Notes: a model not told the origin generated them from the letters alone. DNA of 64,000 nt from an uncultured bacterium (GCA_965541615.1 CBEUCJ010000001.1:3754-67753); one strand, 5' to 3'; shown: positions 21,085 through 31,486, counted from the first letter of the stretch. Translations and numbers: made by a program.

Positions 21085-22188
21085 TTACCTATATTTTAAA
21101 ATATAAACTGGTAAGTTTCCATAAATTACTCTCTTTTTTATCCTAAACTCTTTAAATAGATCTTTTAAAGGACTAAGTATTACTGCATTTTTCCATTTCC
21201 CTTTAAAAGAGAGTAATCTTTCTTTAAAATTTTCTAAGACTCTTTTTACCTTTCTTTTTGTTCCTATTCTCAATCCAAAAGGAGGATTGGTTACTATAAA
21301 ATCATAATTGAAATCTGCAGTCTGAGCATCAGCTAAAAAGAGATTTAAACTTAGATTTAAATTTTGAGCGTTTATTTTAGCTCCTTCTAAATGTTTTAAA
21401 GAATTATCAGAACCATAAATCTTTAATGCTTTTATATTCACTTTTTGTTTTAATTCTTCAGATAAAACTTTAAATTCCTTTAAAGGTAAAAATTTTAAAT
21501 TCCAAATAGCTAATTCTCTTTCTTTTAAATAGTTAGGGATCTTTAAAGCTTCTCTGTAAGCTTCGATTAGAATTGTGGCTGCTCCACAAAAAGGATCATA
21601 AAGAGAGTATTCCAGATTCCAACCAGAAAATTTAACTAAACTGTAAGCTAAACACGGATTTAACCCTGCCCGATGTATATAGGTTTTATACCTTCTTTTA
21701 TGGAGTCCTACACCTGTTGTATCTAACCCTATTAAGATTCTTTTCTCAATAACTTTACAGATTACTTTTATATCAGGCATCTCCAAATCAACTTTTAATC
21801 TTATCTTTTTCTTTTCTCTGTATCTATCTATTACTGCTTGACCTGTAATTTTGGCTATATCTTGTGAAGTGAAATTATGTGTGCCTTTTCTTTCAGATAC
21901 TATTCTAAAACTCTGATTTTTTTGTATAAATTCCTCAAAAGGTATACTTTTGGTAATGTAATAAATATCTTCTAAATCAGAAAACTCAGTATCTTTTAAA
22001 AGTATAGATACTCTTTCACAACTGTTTAATAAAAAATTTGCCTTAAATACTCCTAAAGCATCTGCTTTGCAGATTACTTTCCCATCTTCTTTTTTTTCTA
22101 TAAATACATTTAATTTTTCTTTTAATTCTGAATACAAAAAATCCTCTAAACCTCCTAAAGTAGAAAGCAACAACCTATACTCATTCAT
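21085..22188 (-). CDS. THUMP-domain tRNA guanine-N2 methyltransferase, Trm14/TrmN-like
   Basis: THUMP (HNFTSQDI...LKVDLEMPD...GLDTTG) plus DPFCGAATILIEA and VTNPPFG. Start moved to ATG 22188, an ATGA overlap with the upstream stop. Confidence 0.82.
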   Translation of the reverse strand: MNEYRLLLSTLGGLEDFLYSELKEKLNVFIEKKEDGKVICKADALGVFKANFLLNSCERVSILLKDTEFSDLEDIYYITKSIPFEEFIQKNQSFRIVSERKGTHNFTSQDIAKITGQAVIDRYREKKKIRLKVDLEMPDIKVICKVIEKRILIGLDTTGVGLHKRRYKTYIHRAGLNPCLAYSLVKFSGWNLEYSLYDPFCGAATILIEAYREALKIPNYLKERELAIWNLKFLPLKEFKVLSEELKQKVNIKALKIYGSDNSLKHLEGAKINAQNLNLSLNLFLADAQTADFNYDFIVTNPPFGLRIGTKRKVKRVLENFKERLLSFKGKWKNAVILSPLKDLFKEFRIKKRVIYGNLPVYILKYR

Positions 22189-24215
22189 TTGAAGGCGTAT
22201 TTCTTTTCTTTTAAAAGACCATAAACTTCTTTTTTTATAGGAGGAGAAAATTTTAGGGGATTGAAATCTAACTGAGAAAATAGAAAATAACAGGTAGCAG
22301 AAACTGAACCTGTAGTTTTTCCACGAGGAGTCCTCCAACCATGACCTGTATCTACAAAGTCAGCTGAAGCATAAGGTAAACACCACTTCCCCTGACCTGT
22401 AGGTGAAGGTGAAATTATTATCATCTTTTGAAGTTCATTTAAAAAATAATTTGCTTTGTTTAAGAAATACAAAGCTTTTTCATAGTCTTTTTTTTCATAA
22501 TAATAATTACTCATGATTTTAAAAGCTAATACCATTTGAGCTGTCCATTCACAAGATATTACTCCTCCTCTTGGCAGATTCCGGTAAAGAGCAAAATCAA
22601 AACCTTCTACTTCTATATCTCTATCTTTTGTTTTGAACCTTACTTTTACTTTACAATTTTTTTCAGCAAAATCTATTATTTGAAAAGGGTCCATATTTAT
22701 TCTTTCTAATCTCTCAGGACCGATAGCAGCTATAGACCAAGCATAGGTATCAGTAGCTATAGTAGAATCTCCTTTCCCTCTATTTATAGGAATCTCAGAT
22801 TTGGTGTAAGAGTATTTCTTAAGCCACCTAAATACTTTATCTCTTATCCCTTTATAGAAATCATCTTGAGTTAATTCATAAAGCATATTAAAGAAAGCAT
22901 AACAGTCTAAGTTGTGTTCTGTACTATACCATCTGCATTTAGGACATCCTTTAAAACCTCCTTCTTCATCTTGCATTTTTAATAAGAACTCAGCTATTCT
23001 TTTGGCTAAATTTAGATAACTTCTATCTCCTGTAAATTTTATGTATTGCAAAACAGCTATTCCTATCCAGGCATTAGGTCCTGTATGAGTTATGTATTCA
23101 GCGACATTTCCTGTGTCTGAATAATAAGCATTAAAGAAAGCTCCTTCTTTTGAGGTCTTGGCTCTTTTATTATAAAAATCTAAAATCCGTTTTGCTCTAT
23201 CAAAGTCTTTAAATATTAAAAACTCACATACACACAGAGCTTGATCGTAAGTAAAAGCTATGTTTTTTAAGAAAGGGTCTCCTTCAAAACTGAATACCAA
23301 ACCTGTCCTTAAATTTTGGCGATTCTTTATCCAATTATAGAGGTAACTTATATTTATTTTCTTTAACTCAACTATCTTTTGCTTTAATCTAAAAAGATCT
23401 GCAGAGAACTTACTTTTTAAAAGAGCTATTTTACAAAGTTTATCTCTTAATTTTTCATTTTCTATTTTAAGAAGCAAAATTTTCTTTTGGAGATCTTTTA
23501 ACTTTGTTTCCTTTTCTTTTATCTTCTCTTTTATATCTTGATAACCTTTGGTATCTAATACACTGATTAACTTTTGTCTATAAAAATCGAGCTCAGATTC
23601 TAAAGCTTTGTATTTTAATTCTAATTCTTTTGCTTTCTTTATCTTTGCTTCATACATCTTTTTAAAATTCAAAAATTCATTATTTAATCTATAAAGAGAA
23701 TTTTTAAGTCTTTTTAAATTTTCAACTTTCTCTATATAGCTTTTAAGTAACTTTTTAGTCTGTAGATATGAAAGTCTAACTTTTACAAAAAGGTATCCTG
23801 AGATAAAGATTAAAAAACAGATAATAAGAACACTTAACTTAGGCAGGATTTTTTTAATTCTGGCATATCTTACTAATCTTTTCCTTTCTTTTTCAGAGAT
23901 TTCAGTAAATTCAACTCCCATTACATAAATATCTGAAGGTTTAGAAGGAATTTTCTTTGCCCATCTTACTGTGCCTCTTCCTACAATAGGAGGTCTGTTT
24001 AAAGGTATATTTATGAAAAATTTTATTTCTTTACCTAAAAGATTTCTTAAATCTTCTTTTATAAATCTGGCTTCTAAGGCTATGCCTCCAAAACTTATAT
24101 TTTTTGTAAAACCTTGTGACCAAGAAATTAAGACTTTTTCACCTTCTACAAACTCAAATTCAACAGGAAAAACACTATTTAATCTTATGTAATTTCTTTT
24201 TTCAGCTTTTTTCAT
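22185..24215 (-). CDS. PilZ domain + TM + coiled coil + putative (alpha/alpha)6 glycoside hydrolase-like domain
   Basis: PilZ RNYIR and NISFGG motifs; TM LSVLIICFLIFISGYLFV; E/K heptads; C-terminal domain with YDQAL, GPNAWIG, STEHNLD. Confidence 0.65.
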   Translation of the reverse strand: MKKAEKRNYIRLNSVFPVEFEFVEGEKVLISWSQGFTKNISFGGIALEARFIKEDLRNLLGKEIKFFINIPLNRPPIVGRGTVRWAKKIPSKPSDIYVMGVEFTEISEKERKRLVRYARIKKILPKLSVLIICFLIFISGYLFVKVRLSYLQTKKLLKSYIEKVENLKRLKNSLYRLNNEFLNFKKMYEAKIKKAKELELKYKALESELDFYRQKLISVLDTKGYQDIKEKIKEKETKLKDLQKKILLLKIENEKLRDKLCKIALLKSKFSADLFRLKQKIVELKKINISYLYNWIKNRQNLRTGLVFSFEGDPFLKNIAFTYDQALCVCEFLIFKDFDRAKRILDFYNKRAKTSKEGAFFNAYYSDTGNVAEYITHTGPNAWIGIAVLQYIKFTGDRSYLNLAKRIAEFLLKMQDEEGGFKGCPKCRWYSTEHNLDCYAFFNMLYELTQDDFYKGIRDKVFRWLKKYSYTKSEIPINRGKGDSTIATDTYAWSIAAIGPERLERINMDPFQIIDFAEKNCKVKVRFKTKDRDIEVEGFDFALYRNLPRGGVISCEWTAQMVLAFKIMSNYYYEKKDYEKALYFLNKANYFLNELQKMIIISPSPTGQGKWCLPYASADFVDTGHGWRTPRGKTTGSVSATCYFLFSQLDFNPLKFSPPIKKEVYGLLKEKKYAFK

Positions 24216-25303
24216 AATTTTATCTTCTGAGCTAATTCTATCCTTTTAGAGATTGGTGGGTGGTCAAAGAGTAAAATCTCTTTCCATAAAGGTGGGTTCT
24301 TTTCAGAAAGATTTTTTTCAGCTAATTTCTCCATTAAAGAAATAAAACTCTCTCTATCTTTTAAGGTTTTTAGAGTAAAGATATCTGCTTTTTTCTCCAA
24401 AAACCTTGAATAGGTGTTTTTTAAAGGAACAAAGATGAGATTAAAAATATAAAAAAACAATAAATATACAGGTAAAGTCTCAGGAGAATATAAAGAAGGG
24501 ATTTTAAAACCATCCAAAATAACATAAATTAAGTCTTTTAAAATAAAAAAACCTAAAAAAGATACGCATCCAGAAAAGATTATATTCTTTAAAACATCAT
24601 GGTTTTTTAAATGAGCTACTTCATGAGAGATTACTTGCAGAATTTCTTTAGGAGTGAAATCTTTTACTAAATTATCTGCTAAGATAACTTTTTGGGAGTC
24701 TCCCCATCCACATACAAAAGCATTAGACTTTGTAGTCTTTTTTGAAAAATCAGCTACGAATACTTTTTTTATATTTGTATTTAACTTTTCTAAAAGTTGT
24801 AAGATCTCTTTTTTTAACTCTGCTGATTCTAATTCTCTTACTTTATAAAATAAAGGCAATATTAAGTAAGGAAAAATTTTTGCAAAGATGATACAGAATA
24901 AAAAGAAAAATAACCAGCTGTATATCCACCAACTGTATCTGAAGTTTTTCAAGAAAAGATAAAATCCTATAACGAGTATAAGAAAAATAATGTAAGTAAC
25001 TAAATTTTGCTTTAAAAATTCTTTTGTCCAGCCTAAAAAATTGAGTTTCAAAAATTTAAATTTTTTTTCTACAAAAAAATCTATGAAAATATGTAAAGGT
25101 AAATTTATGATTAAAATAAAAAAGTAAAAAACAGAAAAGTAAAAAAATAAACTCAGCCAATAATTTTTAAAATAAATTATTCCTTTTAACTGTAAAAAAG
25201 CACCTGTCTTTAGAAAATAAATTAAGAAAAATAGGTTTAAAAAAATAGAAAAAAAGAAATTCAATGTTTTTAAAGTATGGTAAAGCTTTTCCTTATTTTG
25301 CAT
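24212..25303 (-). CDS. M48 (Ste24-like) membrane zinc metalloprotease
   Basis: Multiple TMs, SNAFVCG, HEVAH, SRFLEKKAD, DHPPISKRI. Confidence 0.9.
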   Translation of the reverse strand: MQNKEKLYHTLKTLNFFFSIFLNLFFLIYFLKTGAFLQLKGIIYFKNYWLSLFFYFSVFYFFILIINLPLHIFIDFFVEKKFKFLKLNFLGWTKEFLKQNLVTYIIFLILVIGFYLFLKNFRYSWWIYSWLFFFLFCIIFAKIFPYLILPLFYKVRELESAELKKEILQLLEKLNTNIKKVFVADFSKKTTKSNAFVCGWGDSQKVILADNLVKDFTPKEILQVISHEVAHLKNHDVLKNIIFSGCVSFLGFFILKDLIYVILDGFKIPSLYSPETLPVYLLFFYIFNLIFVPLKNTYSRFLEKKADIFTLKTLKDRESFISLMEKLAEKNLSEKNPPLWKEILLFDHPPISKRIELAQKIKL

Positions 25304-25310
25304 TTTGAAC

Positions 25311-25691
25311 CTATAGATTTTTTATCCTTTTTATTTTCTCTTTTAATTGAGAATAGTAAGGAGATTTCCTTAAATTTTCTAAATCTGGATCTTTTTCCAT
25401 ATAATCAAAGTCATCGTACCCTAAGATTATAGCTTTCTTCAAAGCTTTGAAAGCTTCTTTTATTTTTCCCACCAATGAATAACTACATGCTAAATTATAA
25501 AAGACTATGCTATTTTCAGGATTAATCTTAGATAGCTTTTCGTCTATCTTTAACCCTTCTTCATATAGACCTTTTTTGGTCAAAGCATCTCCTAATGCAG
25601 ATAGAGCCTGTAAAAATCTGGGTCTTTCAGAGACTATCTTTTTGTAAAATTCTATCTCAAAATCAAGTTGTGTTTTCTTTCTTTTCTTCAT
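25311..25691 (-). CDS. TPR-repeat protein
   Basis: VFYNLACSYSLVG...ALKKAIILGY...DPDLENLR TPR/TPR-end motif. Confidence 0.8.
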   Translation of the reverse strand: MKKRKKTQLDFEIEFYKKIVSERPRFLQALSALGDALTKKGLYEEGLKIDEKLSKINPENSIVFYNLACSYSLVGKIKEAFKALKKAIILGYDDFDYMEKDPDLENLRKSPYYSQLKEKIKRIKNL

Positions 25692-27912
25692 ATTTGAATA
25701 TTACAGGTATATCTTTTAAGAACAAAAGTTCTTCAAATTTTTTCTTAAAATCTTCATATTCAGATAAAGTAACTTTCTCTTTTTTAATCTCATATAACTC
25801 TTCATAATATAATTTTCCCTCTTGAATATAGTACTTATTATAATAACTAAACCATCTAGAATTTATCTTTACTTGAGGAGGCAGAAAGTATATTTTAAAA
25901 GACTCTTTCAAAGGAATAGAAATTTTTATCCTCTTTTTTCTCAAAAATCCTAAAAACACAGGATACCTTCTTTGCTGAGCAGAAATTATTCTACCTGAAA
26001 TCTCAACCTCTGAAAGAGGAGGTAAAATCTTATATTTTCCTAAATCTTTAAAAAACATACTCCCTGAAAACTCATAATAAAGAATTAAAGGTTTATAAAA
26101 AAATTCTAAATTTTTTATCTCTACTCTCTTTAACTGGGCATCTTTGAGGATATCTTTTGCTTTCTCTAACAATTTTTCTTTAAAAATTTTAGGATGAGTG
26201 TATTTTAAAAAGTATCTTTGAGCTAAAGTAAATTCTCCTTTGGTAGTAATTTTTCTTTTAAAATTTAATTTATCCTTCTCAAAAGATACATCCATTTTTA
26301 CAAAGACCTCATTATCTTTCTTTAAAGGTGTCTTCATTATTTTGTAATTATTATCAAAAAATACCAACACAGTTCTAGCCTGATCAGAAAAAGGCAGATT
26401 ATAAATATCTGAAGTTTCTGCAGTAGGATCTAAAAAATAAAATTTATCTTTAATCTTAGCTAAAACTATACAGTGATTGAAATTTAAAGAAGGTTCTGAT
26501 TCTTTTATCTCAAAATTACCTCTTGTAGAGATTAAGACTGGCCAGGCTTTAATCTTTGCTGTTCTTAACATGGAAACTAAAAGTATACTTTGATCTTTAC
26601 AGTCACCATATTTATTTAAAAAGATATCTTTTGCATAATGAGGTGTAAAACCTGCTCTTCCGTATTCCACAGCTACATATCTTATATTCTCACAGCAAAA
26701 TTTGAATATTTCTTTTAAAGCTGAAAGCTTATCTTTTTTTGTCAATTCTCTTACCTTTTCTTTTATCTCTTGAGAAGGGGTTATTTTATCTTTGTAGAGT
26801 CTTATCCACCAATTATAAATTTCTTTCCAGTCAGAAAAACTTGTAATTAAAATATAAGGATTTATCTCTGAAATTGGAGGCATATTTGGCTCTCTTATGA
26901 TAGGAGGGATGTTTTTAAATTCCCATTTATAAATCTTTACATTTTCATCTTCCTGTACAACAGGAGCTAAATTAAAATTCTCAAAATTAAATTCTAGATT
27001 TCTTTTATAAATGTTAACTTTTCTATTTTTAGGAACAATTAACTTGAACTTTGCTATTTTTATAGGATACTTTTCTTTAAGAACATAAATTATTGAAAAA
27101 TCCTTTTTGTTTATTAATCTGGTTCTAACTATCTTTACTTTATATTCTATAACAGAACCTGGAACACATTCAGGCATAGATATTATTCTTACTCTCAAAT
27201 TACTGTACAAAGGAAATTCTAAATATTTAGATACATCTCTTATATTTTCTCTACCTACTTTTATTACTCTTTTATCTTTAGTAATAGTTTGAGCAGTCAA
27301 TTCAGCTATATACTCATAAGTAGAATCATATTCTATTTTTACTTCTCCTAACTCTTTTCCTCTTTCATTTAAGATCCTGGCTATAAAATGGACTAAACTC
27401 ACTTCTTTGTTATCAGGTGTGATTTGAACTACTTCATCTACTAACAGAATTTGAGCTCCACATTCAATATCCTGTTGAGTGACAGGTTTTGATAGTAACT
27501 CTTCTAAATATGAAGGTAACTTCTCAGAGATTTTCTTTTCAATCTTTTTTAGTAAGAGCTGAGCTTCTTTTTTATAATCAGAATTCTTTATGCTTTTTAA
27601 TATTTTTTTTGCTTCTTCAAATAAATTCTTTTTTATGAGTATTTTAGAGAATATTATCTTTGAATCTGGATCTAAATAGTCTTTTAAATCTTCATAAATT
27701 TCAAAGGCTTTCTGAAATTCAGACTTTTGATAATAGAGTCTAGCTAATAAAAGTTTTGCTCTCTTATCTTGAGGATGTTTTTTAAGATGTGCTTCTAATA
27801 AACTTTGTGCCTTTTTAAGATTTAAAATAGAATTTTCTAAAAGAAAGTGTGCTTTTTTTAAAGGAGAGCAACCTACAAAAAATAAAATCCATAATATATA
27901 GATTATCCTCAT
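25663..27912 (-). CDS. Lipoprotein with TPR, DUF3857 and transglutaminase-like domains
   Basis: Lipobox FFVGC; TPR-like helices; NIRYVAVEYG, GDCKDQS, FNHCI, LDPT catalytic triad motifs. Confidence 0.85.
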   Translation of the reverse strand: MRIIYILWILFFVGCSPLKKAHFLLENSILNLKKAQSLLEAHLKKHPQDKRAKLLLARLYYQKSEFQKAFEIYEDLKDYLDPDSKIIFSKILIKKNLFEEAKKILKSIKNSDYKKEAQLLLKKIEKKISEKLPSYLEELLSKPVTQQDIECGAQILLVDEVVQITPDNKEVSLVHFIARILNERGKELGEVKIEYDSTYEYIAELTAQTITKDKRVIKVGRENIRDVSKYLEFPLYSNLRVRIISMPECVPGSVIEYKVKIVRTRLINKKDFSIIYVLKEKYPIKIAKFKLIVPKNRKVNIYKRNLEFNFENFNLAPVVQEDENVKIYKWEFKNIPPIIREPNMPPISEINPYILITSFSDWKEIYNWWIRLYKDKITPSQEIKEKVRELTKKDKLSALKEIFKFCCENIRYVAVEYGRAGFTPHYAKDIFLNKYGDCKDQSILLVSMLRTAKIKAWPVLISTRGNFEIKESEPSLNFNHCIVLAKIKDKFYFLDPTAETSDIYNLPFSDQARTVLVFFDNNYKIMKTPLKKDNEVFVKMDVSFEKDKLNFKRKITTKGEFTLAQRYFLKYTHPKIFKEKLLEKAKDILKDAQLKRVEIKNLEFFYKPLILYYEFSGSMFFKDLGKYKILPPLSEVEISGRIISAQQRRYPVFLGFLRKKRIKISIPLKESFKIYFLPPQVKINSRWFSYYNKYYIQEGKLYYEELYEIKKEKVTLSEYEDFKKKFEELLFLKDIPVIFKYEEKKENTT

Positions 27913-27929
27913 AGTTTTATTAAAAAACT

Positions 27930-29081
27930 TTAAAGAGAAGATAAAAATTCCTTAATTCTATTTAAAGCTTCTTTTAAAGTATCTATCTTTTGAGCATAAG
28001 TTATTCTTATAAAATTATCAAAATCTCCAAAAGCTATTCCTGGAACTACAGCTACTTTTTTTTCTAACAATAACCTCTTAGCAAACTCAACACTCTTTAA
28101 TCTAGATACCTCTATATTAGAAAAACAATAAAAAGCTCCGTTAGGCTTTGTTGTCTTCAAACCAATCTCATTCAAAAACTCTACTACCAGTTCTCTCCTT
28201 CTTTTATACTCTTTCTTCATAAGCTCTAATTCTTTTTCTCCTTTTTCTAAAGCTTCTAAAGCTGCCATCTGAGAAGTAATAGGTGCACATAACATTGAAT
28301 ACTGATGGATCTTGGTCATAGCTCCTATAATTTTTGAAGGAGCTGCTACAAAACCAATTCTAAAACCTGTCATTGCAAAATTCTTAGAAAACCCACTCAT
28401 ATATACAGTGCGCTTTTTTGCACTTCCAACTTTAGGAAAAGGAGTATGAATAAAATCATAAGATAACCTATCATAAATCTCATCACTGATTACCACACAA
28501 TCAAATTTTCTGATAACTCTCCATAGTTCTTTTAACTCTTCTTTGGTGTAAGATACTCCTGTAGGATTTGAAGGATAATTAAGAATTATGATTTTGGGTT
28601 TATTTTTTTTTAAAACTTCATAGAGTTTTTTAGGATTAATTTTAAAATCTGGTTCTTCTAATTTTAAGAATAAGTTTTGAGCTCCTTGCAAAAAAGATAT
28701 GGCTGGATAAGCTACATAAAAAGGTTCAAAGATTAAAACTTTATCTCTTTCATTTACAAGAGCTCTTATAGCTAAATCAAAAGCTTGACTTACTCCTACC
28801 GTGACCAAAATCTCAGTCTCAGGATCATAGCTTAAATCATAATATTTTTCAAGATATGAAGATATAGCTTTTCTTAAAGAAAATAAACCTTTGTTGGAAG
28901 TGTAAGAAGTGTAACCTTCTTCTAAAGAAAAAATAGCTCTTTCTCTTATATTCCAAGGGGTAGTAAAATCTGGTTCTCCTACTCCTAAAGAAATGACTTC
29001 TTTCATTCCTAAAACTAACTCAAAAAATTCTCTAATACCTGAAGGTTTTAATTCTTCCACTCTCTTATTAAGCACTATCAT
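27930..29081 (-). CDS. Class I/II PLP aminotransferase (YugH-like)
   Basis: SGIREFF, SLGVGEPDF, YPSNPTG, SDEIY, GFSKNFAMTGFRIG. Confidence 0.92.
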   Translation of the reverse strand: MIVLNKRVEELKPSGIREFFELVLGMKEVISLGVGEPDFTTPWNIRERAIFSLEEGYTSYTSNKGLFSLRKAISSYLEKYYDLSYDPETEILVTVGVSQAFDLAIRALVNERDKVLIFEPFYVAYPAISFLQGAQNLFLKLEEPDFKINPKKLYEVLKKNKPKIIILNYPSNPTGVSYTKEELKELWRVIRKFDCVVISDEIYDRLSYDFIHTPFPKVGSAKKRTVYMSGFSKNFAMTGFRIGFVAAPSKIIGAMTKIHQYSMLCAPITSQMAALEALEKGEKELELMKKEYKRRRELVVEFLNEIGLKTTKPNGAFYCFSNIEVSRLKSVEFAKRLLLEKKVAVVPGIAFGDFDNFIRITYAQKIDTLKEALNRIKEFLSSL

Positions 29082-29082
29082 T

Positions 29083-29565
29083 TTAATAAGTAATAGCTAA
29101 CCTTTTATCTTCTTCTTTTTTTGTCAAAACTATGCCATCTTCTTTATATCTCTTTAACAAGAAATGGGTAACAGTGCCTTTTACTTCTTTTAAAGGAGCT
29201 AATTTCTCAGCTACAAAATCTGCAATGGTATGGAGATCTTTGCCCTCTACAATTAACAAAAGATCATATGTACCTGAGACTAAATAACAAGCTTTTACTT
29301 CTTTAAACTTATAGATTCTTTCTGCTATATGATCAAAACCCAGATTTTTTTCAGGAGTTACTTTTACTTCTATTAATGCCTCTACGATTTTATCTTCTTT
29401 TATAAGCTCTTTATTTATTACAGTTTTATATTTAAGAATTATACCTTCTTTTTCGTATTCTTTTATCTTTTTTTTAACATATTTAAGAGGTTTTTTTATT
29501 ATCTTTGAGATATCTTCTGCAGATAATTTAGAATTGTTCTCTAATAATTCTAAAATCTCATCCAT
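29083..29565 (-). CDS. Lrp/AsnC-family transcriptional regulator (YugG-like)
   Basis: N-terminal HTH, IEVKVTP..GFD.IAERI, VSGTYDL, THFLLKRYK; SD GGAGGTGG. Confidence 0.9.
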   Translation of the reverse strand: MDEILELLENNSKLSAEDISKIIKKPLKYVKKKIKEYEKEGIILKYKTVINKELIKEDKIVEALIEVKVTPEKNLGFDHIAERIYKFKEVKACYLVSGTYDLLLIVEGKDLHTIADFVAEKLAPLKEVKGTVTHFLLKRYKEDGIVLTKKEEDKRLAITY

Positions 29566-29596
29566 AAAATATCCACCTCCCTTTAAGCTTTAAAAA

Positions 29597-29605
29597 ATTA
29601 TATCA
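29597..29605 (-). promoter_or_regulatory. Extended -10 promoter (TGaTATAAT) for the Lrp-aminotransferase operon
   Basis: Minus-strand TGATATAAT 32 nt upstream of the ATG. Confidence 0.5.
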
Positions 29606-29609
29606 TACT

Positions 29610-30161
29610 TTAAATCCTTATCCCAAAATCTTTGTAGAGAGCTTCAAAATCTCTATACCCTTTTCTCAAAAGATGTTCTATACACATAAAAAACACTCTA
29701 ACTGTAGCCCAACAGTCTTGTAAAGCCCTGTGGGAAGGCAAAGGTAAATTCAACTCTTTACACACATTTTCTAAAGAGTATTTTTTAAAATTAGGAAAAC
29801 AGAATTTAGTTATCTTTAATACATCTATTAATATCCTTTCTTTTAAAAAATGGGGAGAAAAATAGTTTTTTAAAAAAGACAGATCGAATTCTAAATTGTA
29901 ACCTAAAAGGAAACTATCTTTTATAAAATCCTCAAACTTTTTTATAACCTCTTCTATTTTTAAAGCAGATTTTACCATTTCATCTGTTATATGATGAATA
30001 AGTTTTGCTGAATCTGGAATAGAACGTTGAGGATTTACTAATTCCTGAAAAGTAAGGATTTTACCTGAACAAGTTAATTTTAAACCTGCTATCTCGATGA
30101 TTCTGTCACCTTTTTCAAAATCTAAACCTGTAGTCTCAATATCTAAAAAAACTAAATCCAT
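29610..30161 (-). CDS. DEDDh 3'-5' exonuclease (DnaQ-like)
   Basis: FLDIETTGL, GYNLEFD, HRALQD. Confidence 0.9.
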   Translation of the reverse strand: MDLVFLDIETTGLDFEKGDRIIEIAGLKLTCSGKILTFQELVNPQRSIPDSAKLIHHITDEMVKSALKIEEVIKKFEDFIKDSFLLGYNLEFDLSFLKNYFSPHFLKERILIDVLKITKFCFPNFKKYSLENVCKELNLPLPSHRALQDCWATVRVFFMCIEHLLRKGYRDFEALYKDFGIRI

Positions 30162-31486
30162 TTAAGTGTGTATTTTTTTATTAATTTTGGTAAAAATCTT
30201 AATTTTCTCTTTTTTAAATTCTCTATTCCTGAATCATCTCCACAGTTTAAGAATTTTTTATTTATCCTTTTTGCAAATTCTGTAAATAAGAAACTCGGTG
30301 CTCCTTTAAATTCTTTCAAAACTATTTCATATAAAATTAAAAAAGTATCTTTGTCTAAATCTTTCCCGATTGTAAAACCAACTAAATCTTTATTTACTCT
30401 TAAAACTAAGCCCTTTAAATCTAACTCTTGATAGTTATCTAAAATTTTTTCTAACATAAAAAAACTATCTAAAGCTAACTTCTTTTCATATTCATCTAAT
30501 TTTGTTTGCATCCACTTTTTGTAAACTTCTTTTATTTGTGTAAAGTCTTTCTCATTCAATTCTGAAAGCTGAAATTTATAATTTTTCTTAAAATAATTTT
30601 TTTCCCACCTTATAGTCTTAAATCTATCTCCTCTTAAAGTAGCTATATCAGAAGTCAAATACACGTATTCAGGAAAACTCTCTTTTAAAAAGAAATCTTT
30701 TTTAAATGAATTTACGTATTTAGGAGGAATATTCTCAATGGTAGCTAAGGTCTTATTCTCATTTAATTTATGCAAAAGCAAAAAAATACTTTTAATCTTA
30801 TCTAAACTGTAATCTGAACTCAGAAAAACATTGCAAAAACAATGGTCTTCAAAGAAAAAGATAACAAAATACTCACCATCTATCTTATTTTTCAAAACAT
30901 CTGATATTCCCTTATGCATAAAGTTAGGCACAAAATCAAAATAAGAATTCTCTTTAGGAGAGAAATCTTCAAAAATCTTTTTATCTTTGATCTCTAAATC
31001 TGTAAAATCTAAAGCAAAATCTAATTCTTCTATTCTCGTTAAAATTTTAATATCATCTAAAGGGTATCTATTTATAACAGAAGATTGTATTATTTCTCTT
31101 AAAACTCCAGGAGTTTTTAAAAAATCTCTAAGCTCTTTTACCTTTGATTCCAAAAAATCTTTATTTTCTTTATAAAAAGAGCAATTTTTATCTAAGCCTA
31201 AATAAACTTTATTTTCTATATTTAAAAGCAAAAAGGGGTAAAGCTTACAATCTAAAGGTCTTTGGGTATAAACTTTACATTTGTTGGTATCAATATCTAA
31301 AAGAGGACAATAAAATAAGTCTCCTTTTTTAGTTAACTTTATTTTTTTCAAATCATCTCTTTGAATATTGTGTCTTATCTCAAAACTCCTACTTACAGAG
31401 GGTCTAAAGATCGAATCTTTTGTAATAAATCTGCAACAGCCTTTACACTTTAAGCAGAAATTACTATCTATAAGCTCAAGTTGCAT
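30152..31486 (-). CDS. YkgJ-type Cys-cluster domain fused to DUF2156 (aminoacyl-tRNA-dependent transferase-like) domain
   Basis: CLKCKGCC...CPLL...CKVYTQRPLDCKLYPF; C-terminal EYVY...LRGDRFK..R...NYF, GFTIG, NCGDDSGIENLKKRK. Confidence 0.75.
   Translation of the reverse strand: MQLELIDSNFCLKCKGCCRFITKDSIFRPSVSRSFEIRHNIQRDDLKKIKLTKKGDLFYCPLLDIDTNKCKVYTQRPLDCKLYPFLLLNIENKVYLGLDKNCSFYKENKDFLESKVKELRDFLKTPGVLREIIQSSVINRYPLDDIKILTRIEELDFALDFTDLEIKDKKIFEDFSPKENSYFDFVPNFMHKGISDVLKNKIDGEYFVIFFFEDHCFCNVFLSSDYSLDKIKSIFLLLHKLNENKTLATIENIPPKYVNSFKKDFFLKESFPEYVYLTSDIATLRGDRFKTIRWEKNYFKKNYKFQLSELNEKDFTQIKEVYKKWMQTKLDEYEKKLALDSFFMLEKILDNYQELDLKGLVLRVNKDLVGFTIGKDLDKDTFLILYEIVLKEFKGAPSFLFTEFAKRINKKFLNCGDDSGIENLKKRKLRFLPKLIKKYTLKWI

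Noticed and set aside
22189-22338. 50-aa N-terminal extension of the THUMP methyltransferase in the ORF track
   Set aside because: It overlaps the upstream gene by 150 nt; ATG 22188 gives a standard ATGA coupling.
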